DNA of 64,000 nucleotides from Dehalococcoidia bacterium (GTDB lineage Bacteria; Chloroflexota; Dehalococcoidia; SM23-28-2; RBG-16-64-32): NCBI GenBank assembly GCA_963665775.2, contig CAXXTF010000002.1, positions 683,255 to 747,254 of the forward strand, read 5' to 3'. Shown piece by piece: positions 8,575 to 16,311 of this stretch (position 1 is its first letter; each line of letters starts with the position of its first letter). The notes under the pieces were generated by a model. It saw only the letters and a program-made list of their open reading frames with translations, ran no database searches and was not told where the DNA came from. The position numbers and the translations under genes were made by a program.

Positions 8575-8894
8575 TACTCCGTCACCTCCCGCCTCCGTCC
8601 CGGCATCTCCGCGGCGACATCGGACGGCTCTTCTTTCGTCATCGACTCGAACAGCTCGAGCTCGACATCCTCCGGCTCCGCATGCGCGACCTGTATCGCC
8701 ACCGGGATGCATACGAGCGTGACCAGAATACCGACGATGAGAATCAGATGAGCGGAATCGAAGATCACGTAGCGGAGCGTGAACTCCGCGGCGCCCGGCT
8801 CAACCACTGTCTTCAGCACCACCCACAGCAGGCCGACCGCCTCAAGGAGCGGACCGAGTATGCCGATGAGTAGCGCCCGTGCCTGCATGGACAT
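8574..8894 (-). CDS. Small membrane protein, unknown function
   Basis: 106 aa, three hydrophobic segments followed by an acidic tail. Immediately upstream of, and overlapping, the next membrane-protein gene. Confidence 0.55.
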   Translation of the reverse strand: MSMQARALLIGILGPLLEAVGLLWVVLKTVVEPGAAEFTLRYVIFDSAHLILIVGILVTLVCIPVAIQVAHAEPEDVELELFESMTKEEPSDVAAEMPGRRREVTE

Positions 8895-9137
8895 GGTGGC
8901 TCCGCAAGATTATGGCGTAGGCAGGAGATTTGCCGCAAATAGTTTAGCAGGGACTTATGGAACTGGCAACGCAACAGACCGATCGGCCGGGTAGGGTTCC
9001 GCCCGCCACCACTCACGAAAGGCCGCTACGTTCGGTGAGTATAGAGACGGGCAGCGCAGTGCTATAATCTCAGGGCCACCGAGTCTTATGTTGAGAGTCG
9101 GCACGCTCGAGCGTCTGGTTACGACAATGAGGGCACC

Positions 9138-9431
9138 ATGAGAAACCTAGTGCTAGTGACGGGACTCCTGATGGCAGTGGCCACGGTGCTAATGGTGGGT
9201 ACAGCGATTGTCGGAGCGATAGCGATCCGACGCGCTCTCCCCCCAGAGCGCCGCGCCAGCATACGCGAAGGCGTCGCCCGGGCATCCGGGAGCATGGTGG
9301 ATCGCGCGAGAAAGCGAATTCCGGATCAGTTCGCCCCAATAGCCGTTCCCTCCGGAATCCGCCTCGACCAGGAAATCGCGATAGGCCACCCCGATCGTTA
9401 CGTTCGCCGCCATAGCGACCTCGCCCATTGA
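9138..9431 (+). CDS. Hypothetical small membrane-anchored protein
   Basis: GAGGG 5 nt before the ATG. One N-terminal TM helix, then a basic tail. GC3 only about 66 percent by hand count, and a competing antisense ORF exists. Weak call. Confidence 0.3.
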   Translation: MRNLVLVTGLLMAVATVLMVGTAIVGAIAIRRALPPERRASIREGVARASGSMVDRARKRIPDQFAPIAVPSGIRLDQEIAIGHPDRYVRRHSDLAH

Positions 9432-9456
9432 CAACGAGTGCAAACTCCGGCTACAT
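9428..9456 (+). promoter_or_regulatory. Putative promoter (TTGACA-17 nt-CTACAT) for the thiolase/DUF35/purS genes
   Basis: Hexamers read directly, about 55 nt upstream of ATG 9510 (AGGAGG RBS). Confidence 0.4.
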
Positions 9457-9509
9457 TCGCATCTGTAAAAGCCCCGACGCCCAATCCAGCTGAAACCAGG
9501 AGGTAAGGC

Positions 9510-10679
9510 ATGGCTGACTGGCTACCCCGTGACAAGGTGTGCGTGGTCGGGATCGGAGAGTCCGTCTACTACAGGTGGGGCCGCTCTCCCGTATCCGAGT
9601 TCCGGCTCGCCCTCGACGCGATCATGGCCGCCGTTGACGACGCCGGCCTCAAGGTCGAAGACCTCGACGGCTTCTCCGCCTTCGCCGGCGACAGGAACGA
9701 TCCGATCTCTCTCGTCACCGCCCTGGGGATACCCAGGCTCCGCTTCACCAATATGTTCTGGGGTGGTGGCGGCGGCGGTGGCAGCGGCGCCGTGATGAAC
9801 GCGGTTCAGGCGGTTGCCAGCGGCTCCGCCAACTACGTCGTGGCCTATCGCTCCCTGGCCCAGGGGCAGTTCGGACGCATCGGGCAGAGCCGGGCGGCAG
9901 GCGCGGTTGGGGGCACGACTGCCTTCGCCGCCCCCTTCGGCCTCCTCGTCCCAGCCCAGAACTACGCCCTACGCATCCGCAGGCACATGAGCATGTACGG
10001 CACCACCAGTCGCCAGCTGGGTGCCATCTCCGTGGCCTGCTATAAGCACGCCCAGCAGAATCCCCGAGCCGTCATGCATGGCCGGCCCATAACCATCGAG
10101 GACCATCAGGACTCCCGGATGATCGCCGACCCCTTCCACCTCTACGACTGTTGTCAGGAGAATGACGGGTCGGCAGCGATCATCCTAACCACCGCCGAAC
10201 GGGCCCGCGACTTAAAGCACCCGCCGGTGTACGTCATGGCCGCTTCCCAGGGGACGGGTTCGCGCCCCGCCGCCGGCGCCCACAACATCGACAACTACGC
10301 CACGGCCGGCTTCACGGAGGTGGCCCAGGACCTTTACGCCCGGGCGGGCGTCGGACCCGAGGATATCGATGTAGCCCAGATCTACGAGAATTTCACGGGC
10401 CAGACCCTCATGTCCATCGAAGACCACGGCTTCTGCAAACGAGGCGAGGGGGGCGCCTTTGTAGAGGGAGGCCGCCTCGAGTGGCCCGATGGTGACCTGC
10501 CCCTCAATACCAGCGGCGGCAACCTGGCCGAGGCCTACATCCACGGCTTCGAGCTGGTCAACGAGGCCGTACGCCAGATGCGCGGCACCTCCACCTGCCA
10601 GGTGAAGGACGCCGAGATCTGCCTTGTCGCCAGCGGGCCCGGTGCCAGCCCCTTCAGCGATATGATCGTCCGGAGGTAG
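9510..10679 (+). CDS. Thiolase-like protein (SCP-x / nonspecific lipid-transfer type)
   Basis: 389 aa, thiolase fold pattern (VVGIGES, YDCCQENDGSAA, NTSGGNLAEAYIHG). Paired with a DUF35 OB-fold gene, as is typical. Confidence 0.85.
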   Translation: MADWLPRDKVCVVGIGESVYYRWGRSPVSEFRLALDAIMAAVDDAGLKVEDLDGFSAFAGDRNDPISLVTALGIPRLRFTNMFWGGGGGGGSGAVMNAVQAVASGSANYVVAYRSLAQGQFGRIGQSRAAGAVGGTTAFAAPFGLLVPAQNYALRIRRHMSMYGTTSRQLGAISVACYKHAQQNPRAVMHGRPITIEDHQDSRMIADPFHLYDCCQENDGSAAIILTTAERARDLKHPPVYVMAASQGTGSRPAAGAHNIDNYATAGFTEVAQDLYARAGVGPEDIDVAQIYENFTGQTLMSIEDHGFCKRGEGGAFVEGGRLEWPDGDLPLNTSGGNLAEAYIHGFELVNEAVRQMRGTSTCQVKDAEICLVASGPGASPFSDMIVRR

Positions 10680-10681
10680 TC

Positions 10682-11107
10682 ATGACTTATATGCCAGAGG
10701 GGATGCCCCTTCCCGACGTAAACGATCCCGAAACCACAGAGTTTTGGGCCGCCGCCAAGCGCCACGAGCTTGTCGTACAGCGCTGCACGGACTGTGGCAC
10801 CTTCCGCCATACCCCCCTTCCCATCTGCCACGTTTGCCGCTCCTTCTCCTACGAGTGGGTGAAGGTGAGCGGGAAAGGAGTCGTCTTCACCTACACCGTG
10901 ATCCACAACCCGGTTCACGGTGCCCTGAAGGAGCGCTGCCCCTATAACGTCGTTGTGGTGGAGCTGCCGGACGCGGCCAACGTGCGCATGGTGGGGAACC
11001 TCATCGACTGCGCCGACGACCAGATCAGCGTGGGGATGCCCGTAGAAGTGGCCTGGGACGACGTGAACGACAAGGTGACCCTGCCGCTCTGGAAACCCGC
11101 TGCCTGA
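10682..11107 (+). CDS. DUF35 Zn-ribbon/OB-fold protein (thiolase partner)
   Basis: FWAAAKRHELVVQRCTDCGTFRHTPLPICHVC...GKGVVFTYTV...VVVVEL: rubredoxin-like CxxC...CxxC plus OB-fold. Confidence 0.85.
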   Translation: MTYMPEGMPLPDVNDPETTEFWAAAKRHELVVQRCTDCGTFRHTPLPICHVCRSFSYEWVKVSGKGVVFTYTVIHNPVHGALKERCPYNVVVVELPDAANVRMVGNLIDCADDQISVGMPVEVAWDDVNDKVTLPLWKPAA

Positions 11108-11123
11108 ACCTGGCAAAAGCCCA

Positions 11124-11381
11124 ATGTACCTGGCCCGCGTCTACGTCACCCTTAAGCCCACCGTTAACGACCCCCAGGGGCTGACCATCCGCGGCGCCCT
11201 CCACTCCCTGGGCTTCGCCGGCGTGAACTCGGTACGCGCCGGTAAGTACCTGGAGATGCGTCTGGAGGCGGGCGATCGCAAGGCCGCCGAGGCGGAGCTG
11301 GCGGAGATGTGCCACAAGCTCCTGGCCAACCCCGTCATCGAGGAGTACCGCTTCGAGTTAGAGGAGCTGGCGAAAGGCTAA
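11124..11381 (+). CDS. purS: Phosphoribosylformylglycinamidine synthase subunit PurS
   Basis: 85 aa. V.V.LKP.V.DPQG..I..AL..LGF..V..VR.GK.....L pattern and NPVIEEY. Confidence 0.9.
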   Translation: MYLARVYVTLKPTVNDPQGLTIRGALHSLGFAGVNSVRAGKYLEMRLEAGDRKAAEAELAEMCHKLLANPVIEEYRFELEELAKG

Positions 11382-11412
11382 GCGATCTGCTGACCGATGA
11401 AGCTCTCCAGAA

Positions 11413-12483
11413 ATGGTCAGCAGCGAGGAGAATCTCTTGACTCAGGCAGGCCAATCCCCTGAAGAGGCCCAACAAGAAATACAGCTGCAGGCGGTTAAGT
11501 TGCTTTCCCAAGTGGCTGGATACGTGGGCGTACGTACTATAGAAATCGGGCTGCGCCTTGGACTCCTGGCGGAGATCGGAAGGCATCCGCACGGCATTAC
11601 GGCCGAGGCCCTGGCGAAGAAGACAGGACTGGATCCCCTGTATACCCAGGTATGGTGCCGCTCCGCCTACGCCGCCGAGGTCCTAGAGCTAGGCGAAAAT
11701 CACACGTACGAGCTGGCCCCACACGTGGACAAGCTGCTCTTCGATCAAGATTTCCCTGGCTACATCGGCGGCGTACCTAGCATCATGGTGCAACCAGAAT
11801 TTTTCGATCGTTTCGCGGAACACCTCCCGTCCGGCCAGCGCATCTGGTGGGATCAGTGCAGCCCCACCTTCATCAAGAGCGTCAGTCAGACGGCCCGACC
11901 CTTCTATGCCCGCCTCATCCCCGATGGTCTATCCAGAGTCCCGGGACTCTCGGATCGTCTGGCCCAGGGCGCTCATATCCTGGACCTCGCCTGCGGCGCC
12001 GGGGTCGGCTTGACGCGCCTGGCCCAGACTTATCCTCGCTCTACCATTACGGGCATCGACGGCGATGCTTACTCATTGGAATTGGTGGCGGAAGGACTCC
12101 GCGACAGTGGGTTGCAAGATAGGGTATTCCTGGCACAGCACATGCTGGAGGAGATCGATCACAGCGAAGAGTATGACCTGGTCATCATCAACCTCTCTAT
12201 GCACGAGTGCCGTGATATGGAGAAGGTCACTAGCAACATCCTTCGCGCCCTCAAGCCTGACGGCCACTTCGTTATCTCTGACTTCCCCTTCCCGGACTCG
12301 ACCGAAGGATGCCGCACGATCCCGGCCAGGATCATGTGCGGCATTCAGTTCTTCGAGGCGCTCATCGGCGACCAGCTACTGCCCACCCAGGCCTACGTCG
12401 ATCTACTTAACAGGCACGGCTTCCGCAACGTCGGCGCCTTCGATCTCACACCGGTCCACGCCGTCACCCACGGCCAGAAGTAA
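11413..12483 (+). CDS. Class I SAM-dependent methyltransferase with N-terminal winged-helix/dimerisation region
   Basis: ILDLACGAG SAM motif I, then DLVIINLSMHE and LKPDGHFVISDF. Lower GC than its neighbours. Confidence 0.8.
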   Translation: MVSSEENLLTQAGQSPEEAQQEIQLQAVKLLSQVAGYVGVRTIEIGLRLGLLAEIGRHPHGITAEALAKKTGLDPLYTQVWCRSAYAAEVLELGENHTYELAPHVDKLLFDQDFPGYIGGVPSIMVQPEFFDRFAEHLPSGQRIWWDQCSPTFIKSVSQTARPFYARLIPDGLSRVPGLSDRLAQGAHILDLACGAGVGLTRLAQTYPRSTITGIDGDAYSLELVAEGLRDSGLQDRVFLAQHMLEEIDHSEEYDLVIINLSMHECRDMEKVTSNILRALKPDGHFVISDFPFPDSTEGCRTIPARIMCGIQFFEALIGDQLLPTQAYVDLLNRHGFRNVGAFDLTPVHAVTHGQK

Positions 12484-12496
12484 GCCGACAGCCGGC

Positions 12497-13096
12497 CTAC
12501 AGCACCTCCTTCGTGCTCGGTATCTCTCCGGCACTTCGTTCGTCGATGCGCACGGCTTCCCGCAGGGCCCGCGCCAGCGCCTTGAACGTCGCCTCCGCCC
12601 GGTGGTGATCGTTCGCCCCCGCCAGCAGCCGCACGTGCAGGTTAAGCCTCCCCTCCTGAGCGAAGGCCGCCAGCAGGTGCTCGATGTTCTCCGTCGGCAG
12701 CCCCCCCAGCAGCTCGCGGTCAAAGCTCGCCTCGATGCTGGCGTGGCCGCGTCCCCCCAGGTCCACCGCCACCAGGGCCAGCGCCTCGTCCAGCGGAACG
12801 ATGGCGTGCCCGAACCGCACGATGCCCCGTCGCTCCCCCAGCGCCTCATCCAGGGCCTGGCCCAGGACCAGCCCCACATCCTCCACCAGGTGATGCGGGT
12901 CCCGCTCGATGTCTCCCGTCGCATCGATCTTTAGGTCGAGCAAGCCGTGGCGGGCCAGCTGCTCCAGCAGGTGATCCAGCATGCCAATCCCGGTAGAGAC
13001 CTCGTAGCGCCCGCTGCCGTCCAGGTTCAGATTGATGGCGACACGCGTCTCCCGCGTCTCCCGCGTGACCGCGGCCTTCCGACTATCTGCCAACAT
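12497..13096 (-). CDS. hisB: Imidazoleglycerol-phosphate dehydratase (monofunctional, no phosphatase domain)
   Basis: RETRETRV, GIGMLDHLLEQLARHG, DPHHLVEDVG, NDHHRAEA. ATG 13096 overlaps the hisC stop by 14 nt. 199 aa, so only the IGPD domain is present. Confidence 0.9.
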   Translation of the reverse strand: MLADSRKAAVTRETRETRVAINLNLDGSGRYEVSTGIGMLDHLLEQLARHGLLDLKIDATGDIERDPHHLVEDVGLVLGQALDEALGERRGIVRFGHAIVPLDEALALVAVDLGGRGHASIEASFDRELLGGLPTENIEHLLAAFAQEGRLNLHVRLLAGANDHHRAEATFKALARALREAVRIDERSAGEIPSTKEVL

Positions 13097-14165
13097 GTGC
13101 TCCAATCTCCGTTAGCGCTTCCAGCAACCGATCCGTGTGCTCAGGCTTGCCGACGCTAAAGCGCAGGCAGTTGCGCAGCACCGGAGTGTCAAGATAGCGC
13201 ACCAGGATGCCCTTCTCCCGCAGGCGGTCCCGCACATCCCTGGCCGCCACGCCACGAACCTCGCACAGCAGGAAGTTCGCCTGCGACGGGAAGGGCTGCA
13301 GCCAGGGCAGATCGGCCAGCCGCTCCCGCAGCCGCTCCCTCTCGGCCACTATGGCCGCCACTCGCCGGTTCAGGGTCGCCACGTCATCCAGGGAGGCGAG
13401 AACCGCTGCCCCCGCTGCCACGTTCACGTTATACGGCATCTTGATCTTTCGTATGACGTCGGCCAGCGGCTTGGGGAAGACCCCGTACCCTACCCGCAAG
13501 CCCGCCAGACCCGCCCACTTACTGAACGTCCGTACGACGATGAGGTTATCTCGATCTCCCACCATCTCGATGAAGCTCTCCCCCGCGAACTCGGCGTACG
13601 CCTCGTCCACCACCACCACTGCTGGCCCCTCCAGCAGCCGCTCCAGCTCCTGCCTGGGCAGCGAGTTCCCCGTCGGATTGTTGGGCGAGGCCAGGAAGAG
13701 CAGCTTCGCTCCCTCGTTCAAGGCCGACTCCATAGCCGGCAGATCCAGCCCGAAATCCTGGCGACGCGGTACCTCGATCAGCCGTGCCGCGTAGAGACGG
13801 GCGAGGAACGGGTACATCCCGAAGGTAGGGGGCGCACTCACGACCGCGTCGCCGGGAGAGAGGATGAGCCGGGCTACAAGGTCCAACGACTCGTCTGAGC
13901 CGCTGCCCACCACGACCTGCTCCGGCTCCACGCCCACATAGCCCGCGATCGCCGCCCGGACGCGGCGCTGCTCCGGGTCCGGATAGATATGGTAGTAGGG
14001 GAACCGGGCCAGCGCCTCCGCCACTCTAGGCGAAGGGCCATACGGGTTCTCGTTCCCGTCCAGCTTGACGATCTCCTCCTCCGGAATGCCCAGCTGCGCC
14101 GCCACCTCATCCACGGGCTGGACGGGCTCGTATCCGGGCATGGCGATGAGGTCCGCCCGCGCCAA
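13083..14165 (-). CDS. hisC: Histidinol-phosphate aminotransferase
   Basis: 360 aa. KLDGNENPYGPSP, NPNNPTG, DEAYAEF, RTFSKWAGLAGLRVGY. TTG start. Confidence 0.9.
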   Translation of the reverse strand: MARADLIAMPGYEPVQPVDEVAAQLGIPEEEIVKLDGNENPYGPSPRVAEALARFPYYHIYPDPEQRRVRAAIAGYVGVEPEQVVVGSGSDESLDLVARLILSPGDAVVSAPPTFGMYPFLARLYAARLIEVPRRQDFGLDLPAMESALNEGAKLLFLASPNNPTGNSLPRQELERLLEGPAVVVVDEAYAEFAGESFIEMVGDRDNLIVVRTFSKWAGLAGLRVGYGVFPKPLADVIRKIKMPYNVNVAAGAAVLASLDDVATLNRRVAAIVAERERLRERLADLPWLQPFPSQANFLLCEVRGVAARDVRDRLREKGILVRYLDTPVLRNCLRFSVGKPEHTDRLLEALTEIGAHVGR

Positions 14166-14200
14166 GGCCAGAATCTCTCGCTTCGTACGCCTTCTGTCCG

Positions 14201-15541
14201 TCAGGAGCGCTCTCCCCTCAGGCGGAGCTCGATGGCGCGGGCGTGTCCGGTAAGCCCTTCCGCCCGCGCTATCACCGCCGCCGCCGGCCCGACTTGCCGC
14301 GCCGTCTCAGCGTCGAGTCCCACCACGCTGGTGACCTTAAGGAAGTCGTGCACACCGAGGGGCGAGGCGTAGGCGGCACCGCCGCCCGTAGGCATCGCGT
14401 GGCTGGGGCCCGCCGTGTAGTCCCCGATGGACTCCACCGCCGCCGCCCCCAGGAAAACGCAGCCCGCGTTCCGGACGTCCTTCAGAAGCCTCTCCGCTCC
14501 CTCCACATGCAGACACAGATGCTCCGGCGCGAACTCGTTGGCGAGAGCGAGCGCCTCCTCCAGCGATCCCACGACCGCCACGCCACCGCGGGCCTCCATG
14601 CTGGCCCTGGCCACGGACGCCCTCTCCATCTCCTCAAGCTGCGCTTCCACCCTCTCAACCACCGCCCTGGACAACCTTTCAGAAGTGGTGATGAGTATCG
14701 CCGTCGCCAGCTCGTCGTGTTCCGCGCCGGCCAGCAGGTCCGCCGCCACCAGCGACGGGTCGGCCTCCGCATCCGCTACCACCAGCGTCTCCGAGGGCCC
14801 GAACAGCCCGTCGATCCCTACTTCGCCGTACAGCCTCTTTTTCGCCAGCGTCACGAATATTCCGCCGGGGCCGCAGATCTTGTCCACCCGCGGAACCGTC
14901 TCCGTGCCGTAGGCGATCGCCGCGACCCCCTGGACGCCGCCCGCCCGGAACACTCGGTCGACCCCGGCGATATCGGCGGCCACCAGCTTGACCGAGGCCA
15001 CGCTGGCGTCCTCCAGAGCCGGCGTGACCATAATGATCTCCGCCACTCCGGCCACGCGCGCTGGTACGGCCGTCATCAGCACCGTCGAGGGCAAAGCGAC
15101 CCTGGTGCCGGGGACGTACAGGCCCACCCGCTGCAACGGTCGGACGGTCTGGCCGATTCCGCCTTCATCGAAGCTACGGAGGGAGTGCTCCAATTGCCGC
15201 TCGTGAAAGAGCCGAATGCGCTCCGCCGCCTCCCGCAGGGCGGCCACCAATGAGGCGTCCACACCAGCGTACGCGGCCTCAATCTCCTGTCGCGAGACCT
15301 CGAGGGAGAGGGACGGACCCCCGTGGACGCCGTCCACATCCTCGTTGTAGCGCAGGACGGCCGCGTCCCCCTCTTCCTGGACATCCCGCAGGATCCGCTC
15401 GACGACGGCCTCGGCGTTCAGCTCCTCGCCGAACACCCGCCGTATCTCCTCCTGAACGGAGGCGGGCAGCTGCTGAGCCTCCAGGGGGAGCCGTCGCAGC
15501 ACCGTTTCGCGGGCCTCGGCAACCCCCCTGACTAGGCGCAC
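14201..15541 (-). CDS. hisD: Histidinol dehydrogenase
   Basis: 446 aa. KICGPGGIFV, AGPSE, LLAGAEHD, SIGDYTAGPSHAMPT. GTG start overlapping the upstream gene by 10 nt. Confidence 0.9.
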   Translation of the reverse strand: MRLVRGVAEARETVLRRLPLEAQQLPASVQEEIRRVFGEELNAEAVVERILRDVQEEGDAAVLRYNEDVDGVHGGPSLSLEVSRQEIEAAYAGVDASLVAALREAAERIRLFHERQLEHSLRSFDEGGIGQTVRPLQRVGLYVPGTRVALPSTVLMTAVPARVAGVAEIIMVTPALEDASVASVKLVAADIAGVDRVFRAGGVQGVAAIAYGTETVPRVDKICGPGGIFVTLAKKRLYGEVGIDGLFGPSETLVVADAEADPSLVAADLLAGAEHDELATAILITTSERLSRAVVERVEAQLEEMERASVARASMEARGGVAVVGSLEEALALANEFAPEHLCLHVEGAERLLKDVRNAGCVFLGAAAVESIGDYTAGPSHAMPTGGGAAYASPLGVHDFLKVTSVVGLDAETARQVGPAAAVIARAEGLTGHARAIELRLRGERS

Positions 15542-16290
15542 TCTAGATACTCCTTAACTGCCTCCAAGCCCAGCCGCCGAGACTCTTCCACAAAGCACTG
15601 AACTCGCTCCGGCGTTAGATACCGCATGGCCCGCTCCACCATGTCCGGCAGCGAGCGCAGGTACTCCTGCCACGCCTCCGACGTCTCGATGCCCGCCTCC
15701 CTCAAGTGTCGACCGGCCACGTACCGGAATCTCTCCCAGTCCGGCGGCTGATTGACCACGTCCAGGACCACCTCGCGCCAGCGACCAAGAGTATCGCCGT
15801 CGATGAAATCGATCTCCAGGGCCAGGTCGGAGCGGGCCACCTCCTCCAGGACATGGGCCACGACCGCCCGATCGGATCGCTTCTCCCGGTCGATGGAGAA
15901 CTGCACCAACCGGTCCATGATGTTGGCCTCCAGGTTACCATCAAGAGTGGACCCCTCGCCGAAGAAGGGGCGATAGATAGTGGTGATCCAGGTCTCGTCC
16001 ATGACCAGGTGCGTCAGATAACCGGCTATGAAGGCGGCTGTGGCTTCGTTCAGCGCTGCCGCTTGAGCAAGTCGGGGGTAACTCCGGAAGAGACTGTCCA
16101 CGCCGCTCTGCTCCTCCAAGCTGCCCAGGTCGAAGAAATGGGTTCGCTCCCTCTCCCAGCGCGTGATCACCCGGATGTCCGGCGCCGTCGAGCCCAGGTA
16201 CAGGTTGCCCCGCTCCCGGTCCAGCAGGCGGTGATGGAGGCCATCGGCCAGCTCCTTGGCCATGACCGTATGCAGCGTCAGTGGGGGCAT
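15532..16290 (-). CDS. Zinc-dependent phospholipase C-like metal hydrolase family protein, embedded in the his operon
   Basis: 252 aa. His/Asp pattern LHTVMA...LGSTAPD...THFFD...GYLTHLVMDETW, typical of the bacterial PF00882-type family (assigned from memory). GAGG RBS. Sits between hisG and hisD. Confidence 0.8.
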   Translation of the reverse strand: MPPLTLHTVMAKELADGLHHRLLDRERGNLYLGSTAPDIRVITRWERERTHFFDLGSLEEQSGVDSLFRSYPRLAQAAALNEATAAFIAGYLTHLVMDETWITTIYRPFFGEGSTLDGNLEANIMDRLVQFSIDREKRSDRAVVAHVLEEVARSDLALEIDFIDGDTLGRWREVVLDVVNQPPDWERFRYVAGRHLREAGIETSEAWQEYLRSLPDMVERAMRYLTPERVQCFVEESRRLGLEAVKEYLECA

Positions 16291-16311
16291 TACAACCTCG
16301 GCCCAATTGTA

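Noticed and set aside
9189-9443. 84-aa minus-strand ORF overlapping the 9138-9431 plus-strand ORF
   Set aside because: It has no RBS and no hydrophobic or domain pattern. The plus-strand ORF at least has an SD and a TM helix. Neither is strongly supported.
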